Source of the DNA: Microbotryum violaceum
Taxonomy: Eukaryota
Reading direction: 5' to 3'
Assembly: GCA_001244265.2 (NCBI GenBank)
Contig: LN717261.1
Coordinates: 496,001-560,000, forward strand
DNA: 64,000 nucleotides
The notes beneath the pieces are model-generated. The model was given only the letters and a program-made list of their open reading frames with translations. It searched no databases and had not been told where the DNA came from. Of the stretch, positions 43,226-57,100 are shown one piece after another; the stretch's first letter is position 1, and each line of letters begins with the position of its first letter. A program made the position numbers and the translations under genes.

Positions 43226-43562
43226 TGTTGTGGATTTCGACTTGGAGTACCAATGAATGAATGAAGATTCGCTGTAGCTACACGGCGTTGATAGATGACC
43301 TATTGTGAGATAGAGTATCGCCAAGGTCAATCAACTTGTAGCAGGCAAATGGGCAAGATAGATATCGAGTGTGTGTTAAAGAAGAAGGAGAGAGTGAACA
43401 AGACCAGAGCCTTAGATAGTATCAGCGTGAAAGCCACCTGTGAGTCCAATCAATACGCCACACCGCCATCTGCCTCCATCCGGTGCCGCGCCATGCGCGC
43501 GCCAACTTCCCAATGCCACAAGTCCCTCTGGACTGCCGACCCTTTACTAATTTCCCACAACA
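43226..43562. mobile_element. Solo LTR (337 bp), TSD CACGC
   Basis: TGTTGTGG..CCACAACA termini; CACGC at 43221-43225 and 43563-43567. Confidence 0.85.
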
Positions 43563-45701
43563 CACGCAATGCATCTACCAAACTCATTGCGTGAACAAAA
43601 TCCCAGTGTTTCCTTGACCCAAGCCCCTTTGTCAGGACGTCCGCGGCCATCGTGTTTGTTGGGATCCAGACCATCTCAATTGTACCTTCGGCAATGTGGT
43701 CCTGGATGAAGTGGAAGTGAATCCCGATGTGTTTTGTGCGAGCATGGAAAGCAGGGTGTTTTGCAAGCCACATCGCCGCTTGATTGTTGCCATGGAGTCT
43801 TGTCGGCTCTGTCTGAGGGAAGCCCAGTTCGGATAGGAGGCAGCAAAGCCAGATCCCTTTGCGGGCGGCAAACAACATAGCAACGTACTTGGCTTCGGTG
43901 CTGGAGACGGTGACAAGCGCCTGTCGCTTGGACATCCACGAGACCATGCCCCCCGCACAAAGGAAGACGAAACCTGTGACACTGCAACATGTTTCCGGGT
44001 CGGCTCCGTGATTGGTGTTGACAAAACCATTGAGCAAGGGGGAGCCCTCCGACTTGCGGAACAGAAGCCCAATGTCTTGGGTACCTTGCAGGTAGCAAAG
44101 AATGTGCATTAGAGCCTCCCAATTGTTTTGTGAGAAGTTGTTGCAATGCGAAGCGACCTTGGAGACTGCAAACGCAATGTTGGGTCGAGTGGTCCCGCTG
44201 AGGCATAGGAGCTTGCCAACAATTGCGCGGTAAGGCTTTGTTGAGGCATTGAAAGCCGAGTCTTTACGAGAGTGAGACTTGTAGAGCGATACCGGGGTGG
44301 TCCTCGGACTGCAACCCGCCATGTTGTGGTCCTTGAGGATTGACAAGATGAAGTGAGGTTGATGAATGATGGCCGCTCCCATTTTGCCGTCCCTCATGAT
44401 CTGTTGGCCAAGGAAGAAGGTTGCCTTGTCCGAGCTTTTCGCTTCAAATCGAGACTTGAGTTGTTGAATGAAACCATCGAGGTCGCCTTCACCAGTGAGG
44501 AGGCCGTCATCAACGTGGATCGAGAGGAAGAGCTTGCGCACCCCTTCAGTTTTGACAAACACAGCGTGATTGCTCTCGGTTCGGACAAATCCAACTGATT
44601 TGATCCATCCCGCAAAGACTTTGTACCACTCTTGACCTGCTTGACACAAGCCGTAGAGGGTTCTGCGGAGACAGACAACGGACTTGTCCGGCAGCCGCAT
44701 GTGGACAACAATGTCGCCCATCTCCCCATTGAGGTATGCTGAAGAGACGTCGAATTGGTGTGTTTCCCATTCGTTCTCGACAGCTAAACCGAGCAGGAGT
44801 CGGTGTGAAGCCGCGCGGCCGGTAGGCAAGAACATTTCCTTTTAGTCGCGCCCAGCCTTTTGCATGTTGCCGCGAGCAACAAGACAAGCCTTGTACTTTT
44901 CAATACACCCTTCACTGTTGCGCTTGATAGCGAGAACCCACTTGCTTCTGATGATTGGTGTGCCCCAAGGGAGGTGGAAGAGCGGGGGAGAGAACGTCCC
45001 CTTTGCTGCAAGCACGGCCTTTTTGGTCTTGATCACCAGCAACCACATCCCCTGTTCTTCACTTGACATTGCCTCCCAATAGGTCGGAGCGTCAGGATTT
45101 GGCCGGGCAGTGAAGGCCCATTCAAAGTCAATGATCTCGACCGCATGTGCTTTGTCGGCACCAAATTTGGTGACAGCTGTCGCCGCCATTGTGAACTCAC
45201 CGAAGCGTGCCGGGGGCCGCGGTTGCAAGTTGACCAATCACCAACCGACTCTGACCAGGCCGGTCCCGGATTATCAAAGCCGAGCCCAGGTGGGGGCGGT
45301 GGAAAAGGAGGGGCGGGCGGGTCGTCGGCGGGCGCGTAGGGAGGAGCCGAGCCAATGAGTCCGCTGGGGGAGCCAATTTGTTGTTGTCAATGATGTCATC
45401 AAGATATGCAGGAGTGGTCAAAACCCCATCATGAATCATACCGTTCCACCATCGAAGGGTTCGAGCTTCTTTGTTGTGAGTGTGACCAAATTCCTGCTCC
45501 GTAGAAGGTGGCTTGTGATGACTCGAAGACCTTGCGGCGAGCGGGATTGTAAAAGCGCCACGCTTTTGATGTCTGCAAGTAGCCAACAAAGAAGCAGTGG
45601 CATGACCGGGGTGCAAGCTTGTGCCCACGTTGTTCCGGCAGCAGTGGAACGAGTGCATGACAGCCGCAAATGCAAAGGCATGACCTGCGTGGGTGACAAT
45701 G

Positions 45702-45881
45702 TGTAAGGCACGGCTCCACTAGCGCCTCATGACCGCCTCAAGCCACCCTGCGCACGGCGCCATGGGCACCTCTTGACCCCACGCTTTTCGAGTAGTTTAT
45801 CTTTGCCTGCGATTACACCGTTTGATCCTTTCTGTTCGAACTCGGAATCAGTGAGGCTCGAGAGCGATCTTGTGCCTTTCA
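45702..45881 (+). mobile_element. Solo LTR (180 bp), TSD CAATG, related to the 11599 LTR family
   Basis: TGTAAGGC start and CAGTGAGGCTCGAGAGCGATCT.GTGCCTTTCA end shared with 11599-11832; CAATG at 45697-45701 and 45882-45886. Confidence 0.9.
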
Positions 45882-48800
45882 CAATGTTCAGCGACCGGAT
45901 CGCCGGAAGCGTGGAGGACTAAGTCCGGGGTTGAGTTGTTGAGTGCAGACCTGGCCGTCTGGTTGAGGGCATAGACCGCAGCATGTGCAGCCTCCTCCCA
46001 GAGGAAGAGTGGGAGACCGGATTGAGCAAGAGCCGTGTGAACTTTGTCAAAAATTGAGCACCACGAGCGTTCCTGCAGTCCCATCTGACTGTGCGCGTAG
46101 GGGGCTGACAGTTTGTGTACAATGCCTCGTGACGCAAGCCAATCATCTAGCTGTCTGTTCACAAACTCTCCGCCACGATCTGTCACCAACGTGCAAAAGG
46201 GGGAGCCAGGGTACTGAACATCGGCAAATGCAATGAGATCCTTGAAGGAGCGAGTTGCGTTGCTTTTGGCAGAGATGCCACAGAGCCATCAATATTGGGA
46301 GAATTGATCTGTAGCACCGCAGAGGTAATGATGACCTGAGAGGGAGATGACAGGGCCGGGGCCCCAGAGGTCCATGTAGACTCGGCCAAAGGGCGCCGTC
46401 GCGCGGTGCGTCGCGGGAGCGTGAGAGCAATGGGCAGCATCCTTCCCCAAATGACAAGGGACACAGTCTTTGACCAGTAGCATCAAGTCCGGTGTTACAG
46501 CAGCAGTATTCAACCCAATTGACCCCACTTTTCCGCTTGCCAACACCGCATTCACCCCACTATGTCCCAAGCGACCGTGCCAGAGTGGCAGATCTGCACA
46601 GGGAGGTAGGGTGATGTTGAGTGCGGAGTCACAAGGAAAAGAGGGCGGGAGGGGACTTGCCTCAAGGACGAACTGCTTGTTGCGAAGCCGGAAGTGTGCA
46701 TCGACCGTGTCACGGAAGATGATGAGGCCCAGGGCCTCAGACGCCAACGTTGTAGCCATCCTCAATCAGGCAATTGAGCGAGACGAGCTCAGCCTCAAGG
46801 CCAGGGACGTAAAGAATGTTGCGGAGCACCATGTCTTTGCCCCCGGTGCCGCTTGTGAAGCCTCCCGAGCCAAATGCTCCAGTGACACGAACACGACGGT
46901 CAGCCAGCAAAGGGCAATAGTCGTGAAGGAGGTCGAGTCGTGTGGTCATGTGCCTTGTGGCACCCGAGTCGAGGAGAAACGGAGTCAACACCTTGGTACG
47001 GAGGCACTGCTCACCTTCCTTGCCCAAGATCCTGACGTGCCAGCTGGCGGCGGAAGCTTCTTGCATCTCGTCGTCGTCGTCCACACTCTGCACCAACGCT
47101 TGAGTCACCAAGACTTTCTTGAGGTCGTCTTGAGTGAGGGTGTTGTGCAGCAGTGCGCGAGCCTGTTCCGTCGTGACGGAGATCTCGTGCGCCCTCAACA
47201 TGTCGACCCTCGACTTGAGGAGAAGGTGGGGGAGGACAGTGCACGCGTTGGCAAGGTGGCCATCCTTGTAGGACAAGTAGCGTTGAGTCGGGTAGAAGCC
47301 AAGGCGGCCCTTCTTCAAGACTCCGGCCGGCCATTTGTTGATGTTGCGGAGCTTGCGAGCGTCAAGAGGCTGGCCCGTGTAGCCGATGCGCTTCGCAGGC
47401 GGCGGCAAGCGCGGGCCCGAGGCGCCATGCGAGGACATGCGGCTTGCGAGAGGTGCCGACGGCGGCGCGAGTCGAGCGGCGAGAGCCTGAGCTTGGTCAA
47501 TATGCGCAATGTGAGCCTGAGTCTGTTCACAACGAGCACAATCTCCGAGGGCCGCACGGCGTAGCTGTTGCACAAGTTTCTCGAGGTTGTCGCTGTCGTT
47601 GACCGAGTTGACCGTGGAGGCAAACGTCTCGGGCATCAGGTTGCAAAGCCAGTCCTTCACAATCAGCGCATCCAGTGGGTCGCACGTCGTACACGTATTC
47701 GCAGATTTGGCGTGCTTGACCGCGTTGTTGAGCGCTTTGACTGACATGTTGAAAGTGGCGATCCAGACCTCGAAATCGTCGCCGGTGACAATGGTTGCAT
47801 GTTGATGAGTTCAACAAGCTTCGCGCGGCGGTCGACGGTGCTCGAGGTAGCTGCGAAGCTCGATTCGAGCTTGGCCCACTGTTCGTGCACAGGAAGCTCC
47901 TTCGCCATGTCGTAAGTCGCCTGGCCGACGCACATCCTTAGATGGGCCTTTGCAGTCTTGATGATAGTCGTACTCTTGGCGGTGGCATCGGCGTGGGATT
48001 GCTGGTGGTTGTACCAGCCCACCGTGTCAACGACGCCCGCTTTGGTGAAGTCGGCGAGCCTAAGCATTGCGGGGACGATCGAGGCGGTCTTCAGCCGGAC
48101 GAGGTGGTCGGCGCCGTCGAGTACCAACACCAGTTGCTCCTTCGCGAGTGACCAGTTGCCGGCATCAATGTTACCAAAGTAGGTACCAAGTAGGGCCTTA
48201 GTCGAGGCTACATTGATGTGCGACATTGCTGGTGCCTATGGGTGACGGTCGAGCCTTATCGTGCGGTTGTTTGTTTGCCTTACGGCAGGGACAGACGCTA
48301 CCAAGTTAGATATTGGGCTGATCCGATGCAGAGCCAAACGTCAGAGTTAATCATTAGACACAATGAGAGATGAATACGGTAGTACACACCTGATCCGATG
48401 CAGAGCCAAACGTGAGGAAAAGACCCAGTCTGGCGCCCGCGGGATCAGGCCTATCAAATTCTATTCACTCGCGCGTACGCCGCACAGACCTCCTCGACCT
48501 CTCGCCTCTCCTTCCAACTCTGCGAAGGTCGATCTTGGAAAAAAAATTGGAGCCGGAAAGTCGATCCAATGATTCGCCAATGAGCGGAAGGGGATATTTG
48601 TTTTTGATGGTGGCATTGTTGAGTGCGAGGTAGTCGACGCAGAGGTGCATGGATCCGTCTTTTTTCTTGACGAAGAGGATTGGTGCACCGATAGGTGACT
48701 GTGATTGCTCGATGAAGCCTTTTTTGAGGTGGTCGTCGATGTAATCGGCGAGGTTCTTGAGTTCCGATTCGTTCAAAGGATATAGACGACCTGCAGGGAC

Positions 48801-51242
48801 CTTGATGGAAGGGTCCAGCGGAATGGAATGATCGTACGGATGACGTGGCAGCAGCTTGTCTGCCTCCTTTTCGTCGAAGACGTCGAGGTAATCGTGGTAT
48901 TGAGGTGGCACAAGGGCCCGAGGATCTTTGGTGGTGGCGTCTTGAGTGGCGTCGGAGCGCTGTACGTGGGGTGATTTGGTCATGGCGCACATGATAGGTG
49001 TAGAGTTCGTTGGCGTGATATATCCGACGGAGATCAGGTCGTCGGTCTACAAGAGGTGTGCAAATTCGGTTGTGGCCACAACTTTGATCGCATCGTCCAA
49101 TTGCTCAGGGTGTTGGATGCCGGAAATATCGAGGGATGTACTTGGTGTTGTTGAAAAGTCGCCATAGATTGGATGTCGCGGCAATGTGTGCACCATTGGC
49201 GTGACTGCAAGGCAAGATTTTGAGCAGTGATCGGAGTCAAAGTGTACGATGTGTTTGGACCATGAAACTGAGGGATTGTGGAGTTTGAGCCAAGGGATGC
49301 CGAGGATGATTGGGTAATGCGCGATAGTCGAGATGTTGAGTTGAATTTCTTCGTGGTGATCGCCAATGTTGAGGTCAATGAGGGCTGTTTGGTGCGTGAT
49401 GGGCTGGGCAAGAGGTCCGTCGAAAGCTTCGACAATGTACGCATCCGGGATGGTGACTTGAGGTATGCGCAGTGAATTGACGTAGTCGCGCGAGATAAGG
49501 TTGAGTTGAGAGCCCGAGTCGATCATGGCATAAGTGAGTTCGTCCACGGTCGTAATCGATAGTTGTGCTGGTACAATGATGTGTTCCGTGGAGTCGAATT
49601 ATGGGGAGACAATGGAGTTGGCGCAAACGTGTTTTGGTACAGGGAATCCTTGGACTGACGAGAATTTTGATAGGTTTTGAAGGTCGTTTGTTGTGATTTT
49701 GTTGGTTCTTGGGGAATTTCTAAGACGATAGGGGGCGAAGGCGATGTAGTTGTTTCTTGAGGGCCATTTTGTGGTATTTTCGTTGAGTCTTGAATTATTT
49801 TGAGGAGGCTGTTGATAGTTGTTTTTGTTTCTTTTGGGGTGTTTATGTCGTGTGAAAGTGTTGAGTCCGGTGTTGTACAGTTGGAAGTCGAGAGAAGGTT
49901 GGAGGAGTCGCCCTGGAAAGCACCTCCTAAGCATTCCGGGCTCGGGAGTTTTTTGGTTGATGGCTGCCAAGCACGGAAGCATTGGGGTCAGTGAGACGGA
50001 AAGACACTGCAGCACTCCTCTTTTGGTCGTAGATGTTGGACCTGTGTTGTCCAGCGTTGGTATAACGTTCGTTGGTCGACCGAGGGTAGGAGTTGCGCGA
50101 AGGTGTGGTTGGCTGCTGGGGTCGAGCACGGCAGTTTGCGAAGAGATGTCCGGCGCGGCCGCAGTAGAGGCAGAGATTGTTCGCACGGCGGCGTTCTTTC
50201 TCGTTCTCAGACAGGGGTCCTCGACGAACGTTGGTATTGTTGACTTGGATTCGGCGACGGTTGGCGTCAATGTCCATGGTCGCGGTCCTCCATCGTCCAG
50301 TGAAACAGCCGATCATGAGGTGGCAAAATCATTGGGTGGATACCCATGCGGCGAGGTAAGTAAGCACCAGTATTGATGGCTTCGTTTTGAAGGTCCAAAT
50401 CGATTCGGTTTGCCTCTTTGATCAATTCATCAAGGTTCTTGGGTTGAGGCCGTAGTACTATGATGACGGCGCGGATCCTAGCATTGAGTCCTTGGCGATA
50501 GAGCCAGAAAAGTGAGCGGTCATCGGAGACCTCGGCGATGGTTGCCAGACGTTGGAATTCGGAGTAGTTGGCGACCGAGTTTTGTTGACGCATCATGTGG
50601 AGTTGTTGATGAGCATATTCCTTTTTGTTGGCCTGTTTGATCTTCTCTTGGAACTTGGACCAATGGCGAAGGAAGTCATACTGGTCTGATGTCTTGGTGG
50701 ACTCAGGGAGGTTGCAGAATGCTGAGAACCATTTGCACCTCGGGCAGACATAAAAAATACGCCTCAACAGGCGCGCGCGTAGCGCCCCCTTACGCGCCTT
50801 CCAAGTCATTGCCCCAGCGGGGTGCAGCCTTGCTACCCCAGGGCGCCGACTTGCCCCAGGTTACACCCAACTCTCTGCTTCGAGTCGATTCTGTGTACAC
50901 ACAACACTCTAACAGCTGCTAGATTGATTGGGAAAGTGGGTAGTAGATGCATTCCTTCCTTCATATTTTTCTCGCATCTGTCGGATGTCGTCAATGTCAC
51001 GTGTCCGAAGCGGTCGCGCGGGATTTCGGTCCCGAGATCGAAGGGTCCGAGCACACGCGTTGGCGGCAGTCGGCAGTCGGCCACGCGCGCCGAGGCCTAG
51101 CGCAACACGCGAGGGACCTTCCACTTGACATGCCGCCTCACCTCGTTGCTTTCGCTACAGCTCCTTGTAGCGTCGCCATTGACTGTACAGGCCCCACGGC
51201 TCGCGTTCGTCCTCTTGCTCATGCACTTGACTCGGCGTCGCC

Positions 51243-53244
51243 ATGCCGCCGAAGAGAAGATACAAGTCCAAACCGTCGGTCTACAAATTGCAGGTCACCT
51301 TCTGTGCCTCCGAGTTGCGGTGTGCTACGGATGTTGAACGCTTGGCCCAACTAGGGTTCATCTCTTCGACCGCTTCAATGCCGATGACCGCCTTCTCATT
51401 TCGACTGGTCGAGCAGGCCCACGCGAGCTGGAAGGTCAGCCCCCGCGCTATCACTGGCTATGCGGACGGCCTCAAAGAGCATTACTCCCGTTGTGGGTGG
51501 GGTCGGGGTCACTATACGGGACATCCTTGGGTGAGTTTTGACGCCGCCATCGTCTCATGGGCACATGCTTAAAGCCTGTCTTCCGCGCATACAGGACAAA
51601 GACCTTCGGAAGCAACGCGATCGACGAGTACCGCGCTCTCGAAACATGCGAGGAGGACAGCGGAGACCTTCTCGCAGGCACCGTCGATTCGTTCCAACAA
51701 GTGTCCCGCGTGCTTCGGGCCAGCGTGACTTAATCAACCTTGTCACGACGTCACATTGGATTGCGTGCTTGCATACGACGGCAACTTTCAGCAAACACGT
51801 GAGAAAAACTCGAACCGCGACCAGATTGTTCCGGACACTTTCTTGGGTGAGGAAGAGGTTCAGGCGATGAAGGCCGAGGTTGAAGCTTCGGTGCGGCCGA
51901 CCAAAAAGGTGAGCAATGCCGCTTTTTGCATTTGCCTTAATGGGATCGCTTACCTCTACACCCAGCCACCCTCGTAGGCGTGCACGGAGTCGTGGAAGGC
52001 TGCCGACGACGGAGCTGCTCCGACCACTCAGATCGTACTATGCGCTTGCCATCCTCAAGCACATCTCAGAGCGCCTTCCTGAAAACGCCAAGATCGGAGT
52101 CTTATACGACATTGGTTGTAACTTTAAGCACCATACTGAAAAGGTATGCTTCAATCACGACGCGTCCCTTCCTCCTTAGTCTCGTTGGCACAGACCAAAT
52201 GTGCCTACTTTCTAATCATTTGTCACCAGAGGCAGCTCCTGCCAAAGCTTTTCAAGCGACTGGAGTTCGCCACGAGCGTCTTCCATGCATGCACCCATAT
52301 CTGGTCCTGCCAAGTCGATTTCAGCCCCCGCCTCATTTTGAACTTCGGGTTGACTGATGGAGAGGGCTGTGAGCGATTGTTAAGCGGGCTACGGTCGCTC
52401 ATTCCGAGGAGTAGCAGCTGTGCGCGCCAAGGATCGAGTCGGTGAGGAGAAAGCGCTGATCGGCGCCGAGGTGCGGCAAGCTTTGGCTTTGATCGAAGAT
52501 GTAAAGACCTGTATCACTAGTTGCCAAACACTCTGGACTAACGTGTCGGGTAAGTTTTCGATACAGCGTGCTCCATATAACCTCTTATGTCGCCCTGACA
52601 TCTTTCAAACTATCCCAACAGATACCCTTCTTGAATCGATCGACGCAGCTGATGCCAAGTCTATATTCGGCACTGAAGATGTTGAAGAGATCCGAGACCG
52701 CGCGCTCATTATACTGGATCGCCGGATGGAGCTTCTTCAGCTGCACGAATGTTCTTGGTCCCAGAACGACCATTTTTTCGATGTTTGGCTCGACACTCGC
52801 GGGCAGTCAGAGGGCGCTTCCGAGCCCATGCGTCCTGCACTATCAGAATTTCGTGGTTTACATCAGCGATTGAACGCGACGGGAAGGATTGTCGAGAAGG
52901 CGAAACATCACCAACTACCTGCGCATAATCGATTGAGAACACACGGTCCTATGGAGACATCTGGCCTCGACGACTCGGCGCGGCCTGCACCGCTGGCCCG
53001 TGACGTTCAACAAGTGCGGGTCATTCAGGCGCAGATGGATATGAGTGACCAGACTCAACTCGCAAAGGAGGTGGGGCCTTTCTCCGCATAACTCCTCGAG
53101 CAGGACGGTGAGATGGGCAGCTCTTTGGGTGAAAGCTACGGCGATGAATTCGCTGGTCAGGAAGACGAATACTTCGAAAGCTACGGCGATGAATTCGCTG
53201 GTCAGGAAGACGAATACTTCTCGGGCGTTCAGACCAGCTTCTGA
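51243..53244 (+). pseudogene. KDZ transposase copy 2, same internal deletion, 45-bp in-frame duplication in the acidic tail
   Basis: Same motifs as 7621-9573; 53131-53220 is a 45-bp tandem duplication. Confidence 0.8.
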
Positions 53245-53418
53245 TGTAGATTGAATTAGTGGAGCAACTTAATGTTGAAACAATGGACATGGTGTTTGCA
53301 AACTATAGTCGTCTCAAATGCGGTGGGTGAGAGTAATAACACCGTCTTATAGAAAGAAATATTGTCAGACCTAATCTCTGGGCTGCGCCTGCCTTACTAG
53401 GCTCCTGCTGGGTGACTT

Positions 53419-54149
53419 GCCGGGTAACTTTTCAATTAAAGCGCATGCAATTGCTCGAGTACCTAGAATGTCTACCACGTGAAAATGGGTGAGGGGGTTT
53501 GGTCAATATAGAGAATGTATCTCCTACCCTCAGACAGGGTTGAATAGCAAAGTTGGCATGTGCATGCAAGCCCTTCTTCCGAACAAGATGGCTCGGCGAT
53601 TTCCCTTACCAGTGCCGGGTGACTTTTCAATGAAAGCGCATGCAACTGCTCGAGTACCTAGAATGTCTACCACGTGAAAATGGGTGAGTGGGTTTGGTCA
53701 ATATAGAGAATGTATCTCCTACCCTCAGACAGGGTTGAATAGCAAAGTTGGCATGTGCATGCAAGCCCTTCTTCCGAACAAGATGGCTCGGCGATTTCCC
53801 TTACCAGTGCCGGGTGACTTTTCAATGAAAGCGCATGCAACTGCTCGAGTACCTAGAATGTCTACCACGTGAAAATGGGTGAGTGGGTTTGGTCAATATA
53901 GAGAATGTATCTCCTACCCTCAGACAGGGTTGAATAGCAAAGTTGGCATGTGCATGCAAGCCCTTCTTCCGAACAAGATGGCTCGGCGATTTCCCTTACC
54001 AGTGCCGGGTGACTTTTCAATGAAAGCGCATGCAACTGCTCGAGTACCTAGAATGTCTACCACGTGAAAATGGGTGAGTGGGTTTGGTCAATATAGAGAA
54101 TGTATCTCCAACCCTCGGACAGGGTTAAATAGCAAAGTTGGCATGTGCG
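53419..54149. repeat. 195-bp tandem array (~3.7 units) inside the KDZ element
   Basis: Units recur at 53489, 53684, 53879 and 54074; the internal units are essentially identical. Confidence 0.95.
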
Positions 54150-57100
54150 TATGGCTGGGCGGCTCTCTCTTTATGAGGATTCCCGATCGAAGGATTCGAC
54201 TTCCTGCCATGGCGCGGCAAAAGACCCTTTGCACCGATCCCGATCTCTGCTACTGAGATTTGCGCCTGTTTTAAGAAGAGCTTGGTGTCAAGATTTCAAG
54301 ATCTAGTTTAGTTTATGCTTGACGGGGGCAGAAGTTCTGACAATTCATTTTAGTGCGGCGAATTCTCTCTGCTTCAAGTTTGAGCACTCACCGTGGGGCC
54401 TGAGGATTGGCGGCCTACTTCATCAAGTAAGAGGTAGGTATGAGCGGCCATCGATCATGTCTCGGAGTCAATTGAGGTTCTCGCTCCAAGAGCCTGTTAC
54501 AAGCCTAAGCCGTCCATGTTTTCACCGAACCTATTATCAAGTTCGACCCACCCCTCATCAAGCACGTACTTTGTCGCTACTTCGCAACTTACGACTGATT
54601 ACCTACGTGTTCCGCTCCGCTTGCGCGTTCAGGGGCTCAGATCAGTTCGCCTTCTTCTGGGAGCGCGCGCCGCTTGAAGTCAGCCGGCCAGGGGTCGTCA
54701 CCGTGGCCCAACAGCTCTGATTGGTACTTTGGCGAAGACCGAGTCCGGTCAGATGCAACCCTTGCCCGTTCACTTTAGTGCTAATATATTATAAAAAGAT
54801 GCTAACATACACTGCAATTATTGGAAGCGTGTTGCGAATTCTGTTCATTCATTCTTTGCTCAGAGTCACTTCCGGAAAGCAGACGCTCCGTCTGGTCCAC
54901 GGATCTCAGGGAGCACTCCATTCTCACTGGGCAATTCAACTCTACATAGTACTTCGAAAACAACCGAGCAGAACAAGAAGGATAATGTTTGTGAGCAGGG
55001 TTACGTCCCTGGCACATCCCACGTCAACAAGGAGAGGTCGGTCTCGAGCGGCCTAGGGGAAGATTAGGCACGAAGGGCAACGAACAATCACCCTCTCCGC
55101 CTTAGTCACCAAGAGCCGGATGCATATGAAGCAAAATATCAAAGAACAATTGTGGTGGCCTGTGTTGTCCAACGAATTCTGGCCCTTCAACAGCCAAGAC
55201 CTCCGCATCGCATGCGCGTCGACGAGTCCGGCTGGCGCTGAAAGCTCGGCCATCGTCACCTCACTCACTGTACTCGTCGGAGCTCGTGTTCCGAGTCCGC
55301 CGGTCAGCATCGCTGTCGCCGCCTTCATCGCCGTCGGCCATTGCCTGGTCTGCACTTGACCCGATTACCTCTTCCTCCAGCCTGAAGCTCAGCTCGCCTG
55401 CACGCAGCAATGGGATGATCCGATCCAGGTCGTCCCAACAACTTGAGCTTGCTACTCGGGCTTCGGAAATCCGCTTTGCGAAGGAGCGCGCCGCGCTGAA
55501 CAATGATTCTGGCGTTGTCCCTGAGGGCCTTTACGTCATAGACGAACTTGGGCGATTGGATCTTCTCGCCGTCCAGCACGGAGCGTTGGCGCAGCGCGGA
55601 CTCTGAAGACAGCGAGCCGGGTCAAAATTAGGCACCTTGTATGGAAGAGTAGGCAGGCTGCACTTCTTGTACTCACAGAACAGTTCCTTGCGGATGATGT
55701 CGTATCATTGACATTTGGTATCAACGTTTCTTGTCGGCCACGGGTGCGTTCCAAGCTGTGCGCAGACATTCGCTGATACATCCCTCCCTCCTGATGCGCG
55801 GCCTCCCTCCTCGTCTTGGGAAACTTGTGCGGACCGCAACTTTTGACGATCGCGAGCGGAAGGTGCAGTATTTGGCAAACCTGCCGCGTCACCCGTGCCG
55901 CCAGGATTGGTCCCTCCTTGTTCGACTATGCTTGCGATGCTTGCTGGCGGAGCTAGATACGGGCCATCGATGCGTCCAGGATCGGGGAACGTTGGGACGG
56001 TAAACTGGTTGGTTGGACGAAGCAGATCCCGGCGACGATTGATAGTTGCACGACACAGGATTCGAGATGGCCGTTACGCCAGCGAAAGTGGACGCTGGAT
56101 CGGGTGCACGACGGTGTAACGTCAGAACAGACCGATGCTGTACGCGATCGACGCGACGGCCACCCACGGACCCGAATAGTCGTTATATGCGGACTGATAG
56201 GAAGTCCAAGGCAAGGTGCGCGACTCGTACCTAGAGGCAGCATATGAACCTACGTGTCAGATGTGATCGTGAGCCGGTAGTCCAGGCAGAGCACCGGTGT
56301 CGATCGGCGGCAAACATACTGCTGTTCATCGCCGGAGCGCCAAACGTTGGCTGCGGTTCGGGAGGTGGTTAAGTTGATTGGATTGACTCATCATGGTAGG
56401 GGGCGATTGGGCGAATTAAAGCAGAAGAATGGGAGCGTCTCCGGAGTCATGACGCGTCGACGTCCCGGCCAGTCCCGGCCCCAATTGTTCCGCGCGACCC
56501 GTGCCGAATCACGTGTTCGAGGTAGAGCTCTTGTTCAGCTTGCAGAGGACAATAGTAACTCTCAGAAAATATGCAAAAATCTGAATGCACTATTATTCGC
56601 CGACTCTGCCTTTGTTTCCAGGTTTTCCACCGAGTTATAGTGGGAGTGAACGTCTCGGTAGCTCGACATCGAGGTGGGCATACCTCAAGTGGGCCAAGTC
56701 GGCGCCCTGGGGTAGCAAGGCTGCACCCCGCCGAGGCAGTGACTTGGTGGGCGCGTGAGGGGGCGCTGCGCGCGCGCCTGTTAAGGCGTATGTTTTATGT
56801 CTGCCCGAGGTGACCATTTGAGTGCCTCGTCGGTGAGACACATGGCAGCATAATTGATCTTGGACTGCTCATCCAGGAACTGCTCAGGTGATGTAAGGAA
56901 TACATTCTTGAGTTGTTCAAGGTAGTTGGAGGTCTTGCGTCAATCGCCGTTGAACTTGTCCGGCGTGAGCGTCTTGAAGTTTGGCTTGGGGCCGGAGGTG
57001 TTGTTAGGGGTTGAGATATGCTGACTAATTCGTGTCAACGCCTCTTCGACCACATTTTGGTGTTGGACTTGGTTTTGAAGCACAGCATTTTGCATATTCG

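Larger units (their letters stand above)
43086..48518 (-). mobile_element. Ty1/Copia element with LTRs 48304-48518 and 43086-~43220; degenerate gag-pol
   Basis: Shared LTR sequence and PBS TGGTAGCGTCTG. LLDSGATRHM, LWHGRLGH, VYMDLWGP, HVDD, SSTEAKY. Confidence 0.9.
50736..56812 (+). mobile_element. Complete KDZ-type DNA transposon, 6077 bp, 123-bp imperfect TIRs, 8-bp TSD ACCATTTG
   Basis: TIRs 50736-50858 and 56690-56812; TSD 50728-50735 and 56813-56820. Removing it restores the gag frame. Confidence 0.95.

Noticed and set aside
53489-54256. Four near-identical 60-62 aa ORFs suggesting a peptide array or CRISPR-like repeat
   Set aside because: By-product of a 195-bp repeat with GTG starts; no unique spacers, and the context is eukaryotic.
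54400-56650. TET/JBP dioxygenase expected beside a KDZ transposase
   Set aside because: No HxD..H..R pattern recognised in the frames I could read.
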